Assembly: GCA_963674825.1 (NCBI GenBank)
Contig: OY771587.1
Span: forward strand, 2,656,001-2,720,000
DNA length: 64,000 nucleotides
Direction of reading: 5' to 3'
Source: Candidatus Cloacimonadales bacterium
GTDB lineage: Bacteria > Cloacimonadota > Cloacimonadia > Cloacimonadales > JAIOQZ01
Part shown: positions 1 through 10,900 of the stretch, piece by piece
How the letters are laid out: each line of letters begins with the position of its first letter
Numbering within the stretch: the stretch's first letter is position 1
Made by a program: the position numbers and the translations under genes
Notes under the pieces: model-generated
What the model was told of the DNA's origin: nothing
What the model saw: only the letters and a program-made list of their open reading frames with translations
Database searches by the model: none

Positions 1-38
1 TCGATTGTCATTGAATAAATATCTTCAGGAATGTTCAT
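1..38 (-). CDS. 5' end of a gene running off the left edge (MNIPEDIYSMTI...)
   Basis: ATG at 38 on the minus strand, preceded by AGGAG (complement of ctcct, 46-50); frame open to the window edge. Confidence 0.5.
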   Translation of the reverse strand, partial: MNIPEDIYSMTI

Positions 39-178
39 CTGAATTCTCCTTTAATGCCGCCGGTCCAATCTGTTGAAATCCATACGGCCTGATTCGCTTG
101 TAACATGATATGCTTTCATTTATCTTTCACTATAATTGTACGACACCTGAACCAGTCACACCCTGCGAAGAAAATGTG

Positions 179-1558
179 TCAAGATTTTTTGGGACGATAT
201 ACCATTCCAACCGCATACGCCACAACGCTCAGCATCAATCCGGGGAAGAACGGCTCGATTCCAAGAGGGTAGGAAGCCCAACCATCCACTGCATTCACCT
301 GACCCATCACAAACCATCCCGTGGAGAGCAGGAAGCTTCCGAGCATGACCAGGATCGTCGTGAGGTTCGGCAGGCGCAGCTTCGGAAAATAGGCTGCCAG
401 CAGCACCGGTAACATGGGTGGAAGCGTGAGCGAACCGAGATTGTACCACATATCGATGATGGATGGGAAGAGGTAGATCAAGCCAATCGAAATCAGCGCG
501 GTGACAATCAGCCCGATTTTAACGGCGCGGTTGATTTTACCCGGTTTCTTTGGTGCGAAGATATCCTTTCCCAGCGTGATAGCCGAGAGAAATGTGAAGC
601 TGTCGATGGTTGACATGATGGTGGCGAGTAATCCACAGAAGAAGACACCCTTGAAGAGCGGCGGCAGGATCTTCACTGCGAGCTCTGGATAGGCGGTCTG
701 AGCATCGGCGAGATTTGGCACCAGCACCAGTGCGTAGAGTCCAGTGGTCATGGTGAGCATGTCGAAGAAAAACCAGAAGCCGATGGATGTCAGTATGCCA
801 CGACGGGCCGTACGTGTGTTCGATGCGGCAGTGACCCGTTGATGAAATCCGGGATCGATGAAAGTCCAGGATGCGATGAGGAACCACACCGCGAGTTGCT
901 GCCAGCTTATGCCACCAGTAGGATCTTTATGGCTCGAGGGAAGCTGCTGCCAAAGTCCGGGCAGGCTTAGCTCGCGCATTGCGAAAATGAGGATCAGCAT
1001 GAATCCCAGGAACATGAAGACGAACTGAAGCTTGTCCGTCCCGACGATCGACCGGAATCCGCCACGCCACACATATGCCACTGAAATGGTGATGCCGATG
1101 AGCAGGCAAAGGAAGAACGGAAGGTTGAACAGCGTACGGAGCAAGATAGTCAGCATCAGGATGTACGGAGCGGGGGAGACGAGGATGAATACAAAGAACG
1201 CGCCAATTTTACTGACCTTCGAGGAAAAAGCGTCTTGTAGCATTTCAGGAATTGAGAGGCTCTGGCTCTTACGGATGCGCGGTGCCAGGAAGAACGCATA
1301 TAAGGCTGCGAAGAAATAGTAGGGCAAACCGAACACGAACCAGTTGGATATCCCGTATTCGTAGGTGAACTGCCCCACACCCAGAATTCCACCGTACCAT
1401 GTCGTAACGAGTGTAGCGACCATCGCCGGAAGGGTGAGTTTGCGACTCCCGAAAAGGTATTCTTCACTGTCGCGACGGTCAGATCGATGCCTGAACCCAA
1501 TATAGAGCAGCGCGATCAGGTAGATTGCAAACGGTATGTAGAAGGAAATCGATTCCAT
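179..1558 (-). CDS. sodium:solute symporter (SSS) family protein
   Basis: Polytopic hydrophobic protein with SSS-type motifs (EEYLFGSRKL, GGFRSIVGTDKLQ, QRVTAA, LATIMSTIDS); start moved to ATG 1558 after an AGAGG RBS. Confidence 0.9.
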   Translation of the reverse strand: MESISFYIPFAIYLIALLYIGFRHRSDRRDSEEYLFGSRKLTLPAMVATLVTTWYGGILGVGQFTYEYGISNWFVFGLPYYFFAALYAFFLAPRIRKSQSLSIPEMLQDAFSSKVSKIGAFFVFILVSPAPYILMLTILLRTLFNLPFFLCLLIGITISVAYVWRGGFRSIVGTDKLQFVFMFLGFMLILIFAMRELSLPGLWQQLPSSHKDPTGGISWQQLAVWFLIASWTFIDPGFHQRVTAASNTRTARRGILTSIGFWFFFDMLTMTTGLYALVLVPNLADAQTAYPELAVKILPPLFKGVFFCGLLATIMSTIDSFTFLSAITLGKDIFAPKKPGKINRAVKIGLIVTALISIGLIYLFPSIIDMWYNLGSLTLPPMLPVLLAAYFPKLRLPNLTTILVMLGSFLLSTGWFVMGQVNAVDGWASYPLGIEPFFPGLMLSVVAYAVGMVYRPKKS

Positions 1559-1591
1559 TATTGTGTATCCTCTGTTTTTTTGCAAGAGTCG

Positions 1592-1620
1592 AAATTATAT
1601 CGTAAGAGTCTCGATGTCAA
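1592..1620 (-). promoter_or_regulatory. candidate sigma70 promoter of the SSS gene
   Basis: Minus strand TTGACA (1620-1615), then TATAAT/TAATTT at 15-17 nt spacing. Confidence 0.5.
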
Positions 1621-1723
1621 ACGATATCGGAGATGTCTATCGAATTGCTTGACCTTTTCATTGCGCCCTACATTTTTGGAATGAAAATTGTTACGAATTC
1701 AAAAAAAATGTATGGAGCAATGA

Positions 1724-2152
1724 ATGGATCGAGTTCCTATTTACTATATCAGCCACGGTATCGCGACGGTTGCGTCAGTTCTGATCGTGCCGTGGATCGC
1801 ATACGGTCTCGCGATAGTGTTTGGTTTCCCAGTGACCGGTATGATGCGCCGGATGACCGGAACTGAAGACAGCAAGACCATCGACGTCAATTTCATCATG
1901 CTGGGCGGATGCCTGCTCGATGGCTTGGTGGGTGTTCTGTTGACGATTGGTGTGTTTACAATCTTCCGTTTTCATACCCCGATGCGAATGGTGTTCATCC
2001 TCGCATTGGCCAAGACGGTCTATACCGTATGGCGCCATGATATCCTGGGCATGAAGTCAGATGAGATTTTCAAGGAAATCGCGCACTTGTTCCTGTATTA
2101 TGGTGGATTATTTCTGGGCGCGCAGCTTTTCCTTACGAATATTCCAAAATAA
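1724..2152 (+). CDS. hypothetical membrane protein (about 4 TM segments)
   Basis: 142-aa ORF with hydrophobic segments and a GGAG RBS upstream. Confidence 0.7.
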   Translation: MDRVPIYYISHGIATVASVLIVPWIAYGLAIVFGFPVTGMMRRMTGTEDSKTIDVNFIMLGGCLLDGLVGVLLTIGVFTIFRFHTPMRMVFILALAKTVYTVWRHDILGMKSDEIFKEIAHLFLYYGGLFLGAQLFLTNIPK

Positions 2153-2155
2153 CGA

Positions 2156-2605
2156 TCAGGAATCGCCGTTTGGATTGTTGAGAATCAGATGGTGAATTCC
2201 CTTTTGTGCAAGGATGGCGATTGCTTCCTTGCTACCGAATAAACCAGCTTTTTTAAGGCATTCGATCTCCTGATCGTTGCCTGTAATCTGATAGCATTTC
2301 GCCAGGTTGATATACAGCTTGGCGATTGTTTGTTTAGGGTACTGCTTCTCAATAGCGAGATCAATCGACTTCGAGAGCGCTGCGACAGCATGCTTGGTAT
2401 CACGGATCATCCAGTATGCTGTACCGAGATTAGCCCAGATGTTTACCTTCTCGTATTCCATCGATGGCAGGATGTCGGTTGCTTTTTGCAGCGCTGCCAA
2501 CATTTTACGGTATTCAAGGATTGCGCTTCTGAAATCACCTGACTCCAGAAAATGGTTTGCGGACTTAAACAGGTCGTTGTACTGCGTTACATCCATCGAC
2601 GCCAT
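2156..2605 (-). CDS. TPR-like helical repeat protein
   Basis: TPR-like patterns (WANLGTAY, YINLAKCY) and an AGGGG RBS. Confidence 0.7.
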   Translation of the reverse strand: MASMDVTQYNDLFKSANHFLESGDFRSAILEYRKMLAALQKATDILPSMEYEKVNIWANLGTAYWMIRDTKHAVAALSKSIDLAIEKQYPKQTIAKLYINLAKCYQITGNDQEIECLKKAGLFGSKEAIAILAQKGIHHLILNNPNGDS

Positions 2606-2723
2606 GTAGAAACCCCTTTATTGATAGTGCTTATGTCCTGTACCATGTACATGTTAATATAAACTATCTCAAAAAGAGGGGAAAAGCAAACAACTTCTTT
2701 ATCGTTGGAACTTTACGATTCAT

Positions 2724-3152
2724 TTAGTCGGATTTTGCATCTATATGGATCGTTTTCAACGGGCTATCGATGATGAAGCTCGCAGCTTTGAATTTGGGCG
2801 GTCCGAATCCTGGCCTGACATTGTTCGAGAAATAGACCGGTTCTTGCGGAATGCCCAATTCGTTTGATTTCAACTTCCCATCTCCGTCGATATCGTGGAT
2901 AATCGCGATCGCGTATTCTCCGTATGGAATGGGGCCGAAAAAGACCTCCAGTGAGTCAGAATCCACTTTGGTCATGAGAGCTTTTACGCGCGTTTCTCCT
3001 GTGCCGGGGAATCCCGCGGGACCGTTGTGCAACGAGAGCATCAGATTACCTTCAATTGGTTCCAGGCCTGAAATGGTGACGGTGAGTGTCCCAGTCTCGG
3101 CGAAGATGAATGATACCAGAATCAGCAGAATGCAGGTCGCTATACCTTTCAT
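2724..3152 (-). CDS. DUF2141 family secreted protein
   Basis: Signal peptide; motifs GEYAIAIIHDIDGDGKL, GIPQEPVYFSNN, FGPPKF. Confidence 0.85.
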   Translation of the reverse strand: MKGIATCILLILVSFIFAETGTLTVTISGLEPIEGNLMLSLHNGPAGFPGTGETRVKALMTKVDSDSLEVFFGPIPYGEYAIAIIHDIDGDGKLKSNELGIPQEPVYFSNNVRPGFGPPKFKAASFIIDSPLKTIHIDAKSD

Positions 3153-3174
3153 TTCGGAAACTCCTTTTAGTAGA

Positions 3175-3207
3175 TAAAAAAGGAAGCCCCGTTGAACGAG
3201 GCTTCCG
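3175..3207 (-). terminator. rho-independent terminator after the adhesin/PorP operon
   Basis: Minus strand GGAAGCC...GGCTTCC stem followed by a T run. Confidence 0.75.
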
Positions 3208-3240
3208 ATTAGTCATTATCGATCCCCACCTGGATGGGAA

Positions 3241-4935
3241 TTATTCTTCGTCTTTCTTCTTCTGTCGCTTTGCCGCGATGATGAACATGACAATCACGCC
3301 GATCACTGCGAGTGCGATTAGCACGTACCAGATCCAAGACATCGACGGTTCTTCCGGTGCCGGTGCCGGCGGTACGACGACCACTGTATCGACAGGCTCG
3401 ATGACCGGCTCTACGATCACAGGCTCTTCCACAACTTCCTTCACGACCGGTTTCGGTCTTGGCTTGCGTACCGGCTTCGGTTCCGGCTTGGGCTCTTCAA
3501 CCACTTCAACGACTTCCGGCTCGTAAACCGCGCCCTTGAAGAGTGAGCTCACGCTTTCTATGTTGTTTCCCTTCTCGACGATGCGAAGCTGATATTCGTA
3601 CTGATTCTCTTCGTCGTCCGGCATCAGTTCCATCACATCCCACGTGTATTCGTAGGTTTGATCCAGGCCATCCTGTGCTACCGACTGTGTAATCGGCTGT
3701 GCGTTCAGGCGAGCTTTCTCAGCACCGTTTTCGAAGAGGTAGATATCGAACTCAGGATTTTCGATCGTCGATACCCATTCGAGCACTACCTTGTCTTCGT
3801 TCCAGATCGTATCCGGAAGTGCTGCGACCTTGATTTCGCGGATGCGACGTGTGATGTTGATCTGGTCTTTGACCGGTTCGCCCAGCGCGCCTGCCACTTC
3901 GATGGTGATCAGGTTGTCGCCGATGTTCAAGTCGAAGTTATCTACGAAGTGTTTACCGTCATATTCGCGCACGTTGTTGCGAATCAGGATGGGATTGCCG
4001 TTTACGAAGGCGCGTACATAGTCGTAGCGCTTCTGGCCTTCTACGTGGAAGTCGATCCGTTCTTGTTCGTCCAGGGTCTCGTATCCGCCCAGCGCCCACC
4101 GGTTGTCGGTGTAGATGATGCTGGGTGTTTCGGAAGACTGCGGAGCGTAGGTCACGAATACACCGTAGTTGGTGCTGTTGATCTCGTCTTCGTAGTAGTA
4201 ATCGTAGTTGAACATGACATCCCAGTAGTTGAGGGTATTGATCTCCGGAGCAATGGAGACCTTTTCCGCGGAGCTGGTGACGTTTGTCGTGAAGAAAGGC
4301 GTAGGAAGGCTCACGCCGACCGAAACACCATAGTAGTCCTCATCCCCTTCGTGCATGTAGAACGCGCCAAGATTGAGGTATTTCTTCACCTGCCAGTCAA
4401 CTTTTGCCAGTGCCTTCATCGGCAGCTTGTATTCGTAATCGGTGTTTGCCATGGAGACATCGGGTCGGTTCAAGTGGAACAGACCAACGCCAACGTTCAG
4501 GCGGTCGTCGAAGAAGTTACCGTGCAGCGAAGCTCCGAAGGTCGGAACCAGAATGCTCGGGTCGTCCAGATGCTCTTTCTCGCTGAAGATCAGGTTGTCT
4601 TCGCTGTAGTCGCGGTAGATGATACCGGCAGAGACGGCAGCTGTGAGGAACGATGTCACCCGATAGCCCGGGCTGACGCTGAATGTGTAGTTCTTATAGA
4701 CATCATCCTGAAGTCCCGTCACGTCCGCTTCGATAGAGAAACGATTGTAAACGGGAACGTTGACCATCATGCCCAACTCGTGGAAACCGTCGTCGAAGTT
4801 CGAGAACGTCTTCTGATAATAGGTGCTGAGCTTGAAATAGTTACCACTCATTTCAGAGGCGGGGATGAAACCGTCAAAGGCAAGCAGTACTGCCAGGATG
4901 GCGACGAATGTGAGAGCTATAATCGTGCGTTTCAT
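3241..4935 (-). CDS. PorP/SprF-like T9SS barrel fused to Ig-like domains, a Pro-rich linker and a C-terminal TM helix
   Basis: Signal peptide; amphipathic beta strands including the PorP-like GVGLFHLNRPDVS; EPKPEPKP linker; hydrophobic helix then KRQKKK; lies directly downstream of a type-B CTD protein. Confidence 0.65.
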   Translation of the reverse strand: MKRTIIALTFVAILAVLLAFDGFIPASEMSGNYFKLSTYYQKTFSNFDDGFHELGMMVNVPVYNRFSIEADVTGLQDDVYKNYTFSVSPGYRVTSFLTAAVSAGIIYRDYSEDNLIFSEKEHLDDPSILVPTFGASLHGNFFDDRLNVGVGLFHLNRPDVSMANTDYEYKLPMKALAKVDWQVKKYLNLGAFYMHEGDEDYYGVSVGVSLPTPFFTTNVTSSAEKVSIAPEINTLNYWDVMFNYDYYYEDEINSTNYGVFVTYAPQSSETPSIIYTDNRWALGGYETLDEQERIDFHVEGQKRYDYVRAFVNGNPILIRNNVREYDGKHFVDNFDLNIGDNLITIEVAGALGEPVKDQINITRRIREIKVAALPDTIWNEDKVVLEWVSTIENPEFDIYLFENGAEKARLNAQPITQSVAQDGLDQTYEYTWDVMELMPDDEENQYEYQLRIVEKGNNIESVSSLFKGAVYEPEVVEVVEEPKPEPKPVRKPRPKPVVKEVVEEPVIVEPVIEPVDTVVVVPPAPAPEEPSMSWIWYVLIALAVIGVIVMFIIAAKRQKKKDEE

Positions 4936-4946
4936 CTTTCACCTCC

Positions 4947-7900
4947 TTACCGAATTAAGTAAATTTTGCCACGTTTCTCGATACTGCCGTTTTTACGTAG
5001 CACGTAGATGTATGGTCCGCTTATACACTTGGAACCACCATCGTTTTTGCCGTCCCAGCTCAGGCTCATGCCTGTGCCGTCATAGACGCCCTTTACGTCG
5101 CGTACGCGTTTACCATGCAGATCGTAAATATTCATTGTAGCATCGATGTTTCCGCTGTTAATCAGCCGCACTGTGTATGTATCGTTCAGACCGTCGCCGT
5201 TCGGTGAGAAGGCGTTGGGCTGCGGTTCGATCGAGTTACCGCGAACCGTGATATTGACGTCGGTTTCATCGACACCGTTGTGCACGATTTCGATTTCACC
5301 GGTATAGACCTGTCGAGTACTCGGCGTAAACTTCACGTAGAAGTCTTCGCTGCCTTGGTATGGGATGGTCAGACTCAGGGTTTGTACCCAGCCTCCATCT
5401 GTTCCATGCCGTATCTGGAATCCGGGTGGAGCTCCGATCTCTGATACGACAAGCTCGTAGTTTCCTGTGTTCTCAATTGTGAACATCTGCGGATCCGATT
5501 CCTCACCCGCGAAGACATCTCCGAAGTTCATCGAAGTTACGTCAACAGCAATATTCGGAAGCGGTGTGGCTACGATCGCGCGGATCATCAGGTCACCGGT
5601 GGTGATTGCACCCCATCCGGTACCGCCATCCACGTAGCTGTGTCCGCTGATCGGGTCGCCTGTGTCAAAGCCAACCTGATACGGATGGGCGTAATCTACC
5701 ACGACATGGAATCTGCCACCAACAAATTCCGGTTGAAGGTCAGCCGGTACATCCAGGACGTTCCAACCGAGGTGAAGATCGCCAGCAGCGTAGTCAATCG
5801 CGGTGATGTAATTCTCGTTTGTAGGCGTATCGCCGTCACCGTAGAGGTTAATCAGCAGATCCTGCGTATCGAGTGTTTCCAGATAGATCGCGAATTTGAT
5901 CAGGGTGCTGGTCGGTGTGTAACGCTGGATCGGGCTCAGATCGAACTGAACGCCGAACTCGTTGCCCTGGCCGTAGCCCTGTTCCGATGTTCCGTCGTCG
6001 TAGAAGAGCGAGAACTCTGTAACCGGCAGCGGATAGACCGTCGTGATGACCGAGAATGTGGATTCGCCAGTCCAGTCGATGTGATCAACCTGGAGTACGG
6101 CAGCGACCTTGTAGAAGTTGTTCGCGCCAGTAACAGGATTCTCATCGATGTACTGTGTTGCATCCGCGCCCAGTTCGGCCAGTAGCTCATATTCGTCATC
6201 GTAAAGGTTTGAACGATAGACGTTGTATCCAGCCAGCCATTTCGAGCTTACGGGAGCGCTCCATGTCAGGGTCGAACCATCGTTGAACAGCTCCGGCGTC
6301 AGGTTGCGCGGTGCGTCGTTCTGGTTGATGACCGTGAAGGAGAAGCTCTTCTCGTCGAATCCGGCATCATTCTGCAGGTGGACGGTGATTTCATACAGGT
6401 TTGTCTGCTCTGCCGTCGGTGTCCAGCTCATTACGCCGGTTTCGCCATCGATGGTCATTCCTGCGGGAGGATCGACCAGCGAGTATTCGGCGACCGGGTA
6501 GAACTCGCCGGTAACGGTGAAGGTCCAAGGTGTATTGATATTATAAACGACCTGCGCGTCGATCGGATCGATTACCGGCACGTCGATGATGTTGATCACG
6601 GTGATCACAACATCTTGCTGTGCGGTTGCGCCATCGTTGTCTTCTGCATAGAAGGTGATCGTCTCGGTTCCATACCAGTCGGTTTCCGGATCGAGTGAAA
6701 CGATGCCGTCGTTGATTCCGACTACGATGTGGATGTTGCCGCTGTAGCTGTAGGTCAGCACGTCACCCCAGATGAGGTCGTCATCGGAGAACATGTTGTT
6801 CAGATCCAGCGACTGGTCGATCTCGTTTTCGTTGATCTGGAGGCTATCGACCGGGTTTGCCACGTAAGGTGCGTCATTGACGTTGATCACTGTGATGGTG
6901 AACGCCTGCATTGCGGTATCGCGCTTCTGCACGGATGCCTTAAGCGATGTGCGGTTGATACCGTCGTCGAGTACCAGCACGACGTCGTTGTCACCCACGT
7001 TGGCGTTGGTCGGCGTACCTTCCAACACTGCGCTGGTGTTGTCGGACTGGGTCAGCGTGAGCCACTCAGGACCAGTCGTCATTGTAATCGTCAGCACCGG
7101 GTTAGGATCGTCGTCGTTGAAGGCGATTGCATAGGAGTAGTTCTCGTCTTCGTTGATTTGAAGGACCGGTGTCGAAGTGAAGTACGGTGCGTCGTTGGTG
7201 TTGATAACCTCAATGTTGAAGGTATCGGTCGCTGATGCGCCTGCTTCATCGGTTGCCATTACGGTGATCATGTAGGTTCCCAGATCGTCGTTGGTCGGCG
7301 TACCGCTGAAGGTACGAGTCGCAGCATCGAAGCTCAGCCAGGCCGGCAGTTCAGAGCCATCAGATTCGGCAGCAGTGTAGGTTAGCACATCACCGTGAAT
7401 CAGGTCATCGTCACCGAATGTGTCTTCCGCGAAGGTGTAGCTGAAGGCTGCGTCTTCGTCGGTTGACTGATCAGGAATCTCGTTCGCCACGTACGGCGCA
7501 TCGTTCACGTTTGTCACCACGATGGTGAAGGACTGGATATCGAGCGTTATACCGTCGTGTACTTCGAGCCCCACTTCGTTATCACCAACGTTCTCGTTGA
7601 GCGGCGTACCTTCGAGCGTTGCAGTTCCGTTACCGTTATCGGTAAGCGTCAGCCAGGTCGGCAGGATTGTCGCGATGATATCGAGGTCGTCGTTCGGGTC
7701 GTCGTCGTCCGCGGTGATGTCATAGGTGTAAACGACATCTTCCGTAGCTGTCGTGAGCGGTGTCGATGTGAAATACGGTGCGTCGTTGGTGTTGTTCACC
7801 GTTAGCTGGAATACGTCGGTTGCTGTTGCACCGGCGTTATCTTCTGCGGTTACCGCGATCTGGTAGGTTCCGAGATCGTCGTTGGTCGGTGTGCCGCTGA

Positions 7901-10900
7901 ATGTGCGCGTTGCAGCATCGAAGCTCAGCCATGCCGGCAGCGGATCGCCGCCATCCTGCTCTGCGCTGTAGGTGAGCGCATCGCCGTGGATGATGTCGTC
8001 ATCGCCGAAGGTGTCGTCAGCGAAGGCGAAGCTGAACGCTGCGTCTTCGGTTGCGGTCTGATCCGGGATCACGTTCGCTACGTACGGTGCGTCGTTCACG
8101 TTCGCGACTTCGATATCGAAGATCTGAGTCGCTACCACGCGTACGCCGTCGCTTACTGTCAGTGTGACCGGGTTGGTTCCAACGTTTTCGTTGAGCGGAG
8201 TACCGGTGATGTCACCGGTTCCGTCGCCGTTGTCGGTGAGGGTCAGCCAGGTCGGCAGAACGTCAGCGCCGAGGACTAGGGTTGCACCCGGATCGACGTC
8301 GTTGGTTTCGATGTTATAGGTATAAACTGCGTCTTCGGTCGCGGTAGTTACCGGCTCGGAGACGAAGTACGGATCGTCTTGCGTGTTTTCTACGGTAAGG
8401 ATGAACACGTCGGTTGCTGTTGCACCCGCGATGTCTTCCGCGATGACAGCGATCGAATAGGTGTCGATGTCATCGTTGGTCGGCGTGCCGCTGAATGTGC
8501 GCGTTGCAGCATCGAAGCTCAGCCATGCCGGCAGCGGATCGCCACCATCCTGCTGAGCGCTGTAAGTCAGCGCATCGCCGTGGATGAAGTCGTCATCGCC
8601 GAAGGTGTCGTCAGCGAAGGTAAAGCTGAAGAGCTCATCTTCGATGGCATTCTGATCGGCGATCGGGTTCATCACGTACGGTGCGTCGTTGCTGTTCGCT
8701 ACTTCGATATCGAAGATCTGAGTCGCTACCACGCGTACACCGTCGCTTACTGTCAGTGTGACCGGGTTGGTTCCGACGTTTTCGTTGAGCGGAGTACCGG
8801 TGATGTTACCGGTTCCGTCGCCGTTGTCGGTGAGCGTCAGCCAAGTCGGCAGAACGTCAGCGCCGAGGACCAGGGTTGCACCCGGATCGACGTCGTTGGT
8901 CTCGATGTTATAGGTATAAACTGCGTCTTCGGTCGCGGTAGTTACCGGCTCGGAGACGAAGTACGGATCGTCTTGCGTGTTTTCTACGGTCAGCACAAAC
9001 ACGTCAGTTGCTGATGCACCCGCGATGTCTTCCGCGATGACAGCGATCGAATAGGTGTCGATGTCATCGTTGGTCGGCGTGCCGCTGAATGTGCGTGTTG
9101 CAGCATCGAAGCTCAGCCATGCCGGCAGCGGATCGCCACCATCCTGCTGAGCGCTGTAGGTGAGCGCATCGCCGTGGATGATGTCGTCATCGCCGAAGGT
9201 GTCGTCAGCGAAGGCGAAGCTGAACGCTGCGTCTTCGGTGGCGGTCTGATCCGGGATCGGGTTCATCACGTACGGTGCGTCGTTGCTGTTCGCGACTTCG
9301 ATATCGAAGATCTGAGTCGCTACCACGCGTACACCGTCGCTTACTGTCAGTGTGACCGGGTTGGTTCCGACGTTTTCGTTGAGCGGCGTACCGGTGATAT
9401 TACCGGTTCCGTCGCCGTTGTCGGTGAGCGTCAGCCAGGTCGGCAGTACGTCAGCGCTGAGGATCAGGGTTGCACCCGGATCGACATCGTTGGTAACAAT
9501 GTTATAGGTATAGACAACGTCTTCGGTCGCGGTGGTTACCGGTGCGGAGACGAAGTACGGATCGTCTTGCGTGTTCGTGACAACGATTTCGAAGTCGTCG
9601 AACGCTGTCAGTCCGCCAATGTCGGTAGCGGTCACACGGATGAGCCATGTACCGATGTCGGCGTTTTCAGGCATACCGCTGTAGGCACGAGTGGCATTGT
9701 CGAAAGACAGCCAGGCAGGCAGCGGATCGCCATCTTGCTGGGTTGATGTGTAGCTCAGTACATCTCCGAACCCGAAGTCTTCATCATCGAAGGTATCGGC
9801 TGCGAAGGTGAAGCTGAACGGCGTATCTTCGATCGCATTCTGGTCGGCGATCGGGTTCATCACGTACGGTGCGTCGTTGCTGTTTACAACCGTGATCACA
9901 AACACGCCTTCCGCGGTCTGATTCTCAATGTCGGTTGCAATAACTTTCACATTGTAAGTTCCGATGTCCGCGAATACCGGCATACCGCTGTAGGTGCGGG
10001 TAGCAGGATCAAATCCAAGCCAGGCCGGAAGTGCGGAGTCGTCATCCAGGGTGGATGTGTAGGTTAGCACGTCGCCATTGATCAGATCGTCGTCCAGGAA
10101 GGTGTTCTCCGGGAATGTGTATTCGAATGCCATATCCTCATGAGCTTCCTGGTTCGGAATCGCGTTTGCGTAGTACGGAGCGTCGTTCACGTTTGCCACG
10201 TTAATGATGAAGCTCTGTGCCATTGGATCGTTGATTCCGTCTGTGACGGTAATCTCCACCGCGTTCTCGCCGACGTTCTCGTTGAGAGGCGTACCGGTGA
10301 GGGTTGCGGTGTTATCACCGTTATCGGTGAGAGTCAGCCAGGCGGGAATTGTAACTCCGCTGAAGCTGAGTGCCTCGAGGTTGATATCAGAGGCTGTGAT
10401 GTTGTAGGTGTAGAGCGCGTCCTCAGTCGCATCGACAACTGGTGTCGATGTGAAGAACGGCGGCTCCTGGCTAAACACCACGTCGAGCATGAACACGTCT
10501 TCGACGCTTTGGAGGTCAAGATCGGTTGCGATTACTTTGATCTGCCATGTTGCAATCGCATCGGGCGTACCATTGAAGTTGCGCGTGGCAGGATCGAAGG
10601 TAAGCCATGCTGGGAGCGGACTTCCATCTTCCTGCGTTGCGGTGTAGGTCAAGACATCTCCCGGAGTCGGTTCGATGAACGTGTTAACCGGGAAGGTGTA
10701 GTTGTAGAGCAGGTTGACGAAGGTCGATTGATCCGGGATCGAGTTGGAGACCACCGGTGGTTCGACAACGTTCTGTACGTGAATGACGAACGATTGATCG
10801 ACCGGTACTCCGGTTGAATCGGCTACGCTAATAACGACTGGATTGTCACCGATATTGCTCTGGTAAGGCGTTCCAGCGAGGAGCGCTGTTCCGTTGCCGT

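Noticed and set aside
1559..1723. TPP or other riboswitch upstream of the SSS transporter
   Set aside because: The leader is short and no conserved aptamer motifs are visible
3658..4962. 434-aa plus-strand ORF
   Set aside because: Antisense shadow of the PorP-like gene, with no recognisable motifs
7800..9580. CRISPR array or DGR template/variable repeat pair
   Set aside because: The repeats are in-frame 594-bp coding units without spacers, and no cas or reverse transcriptase gene is in the window
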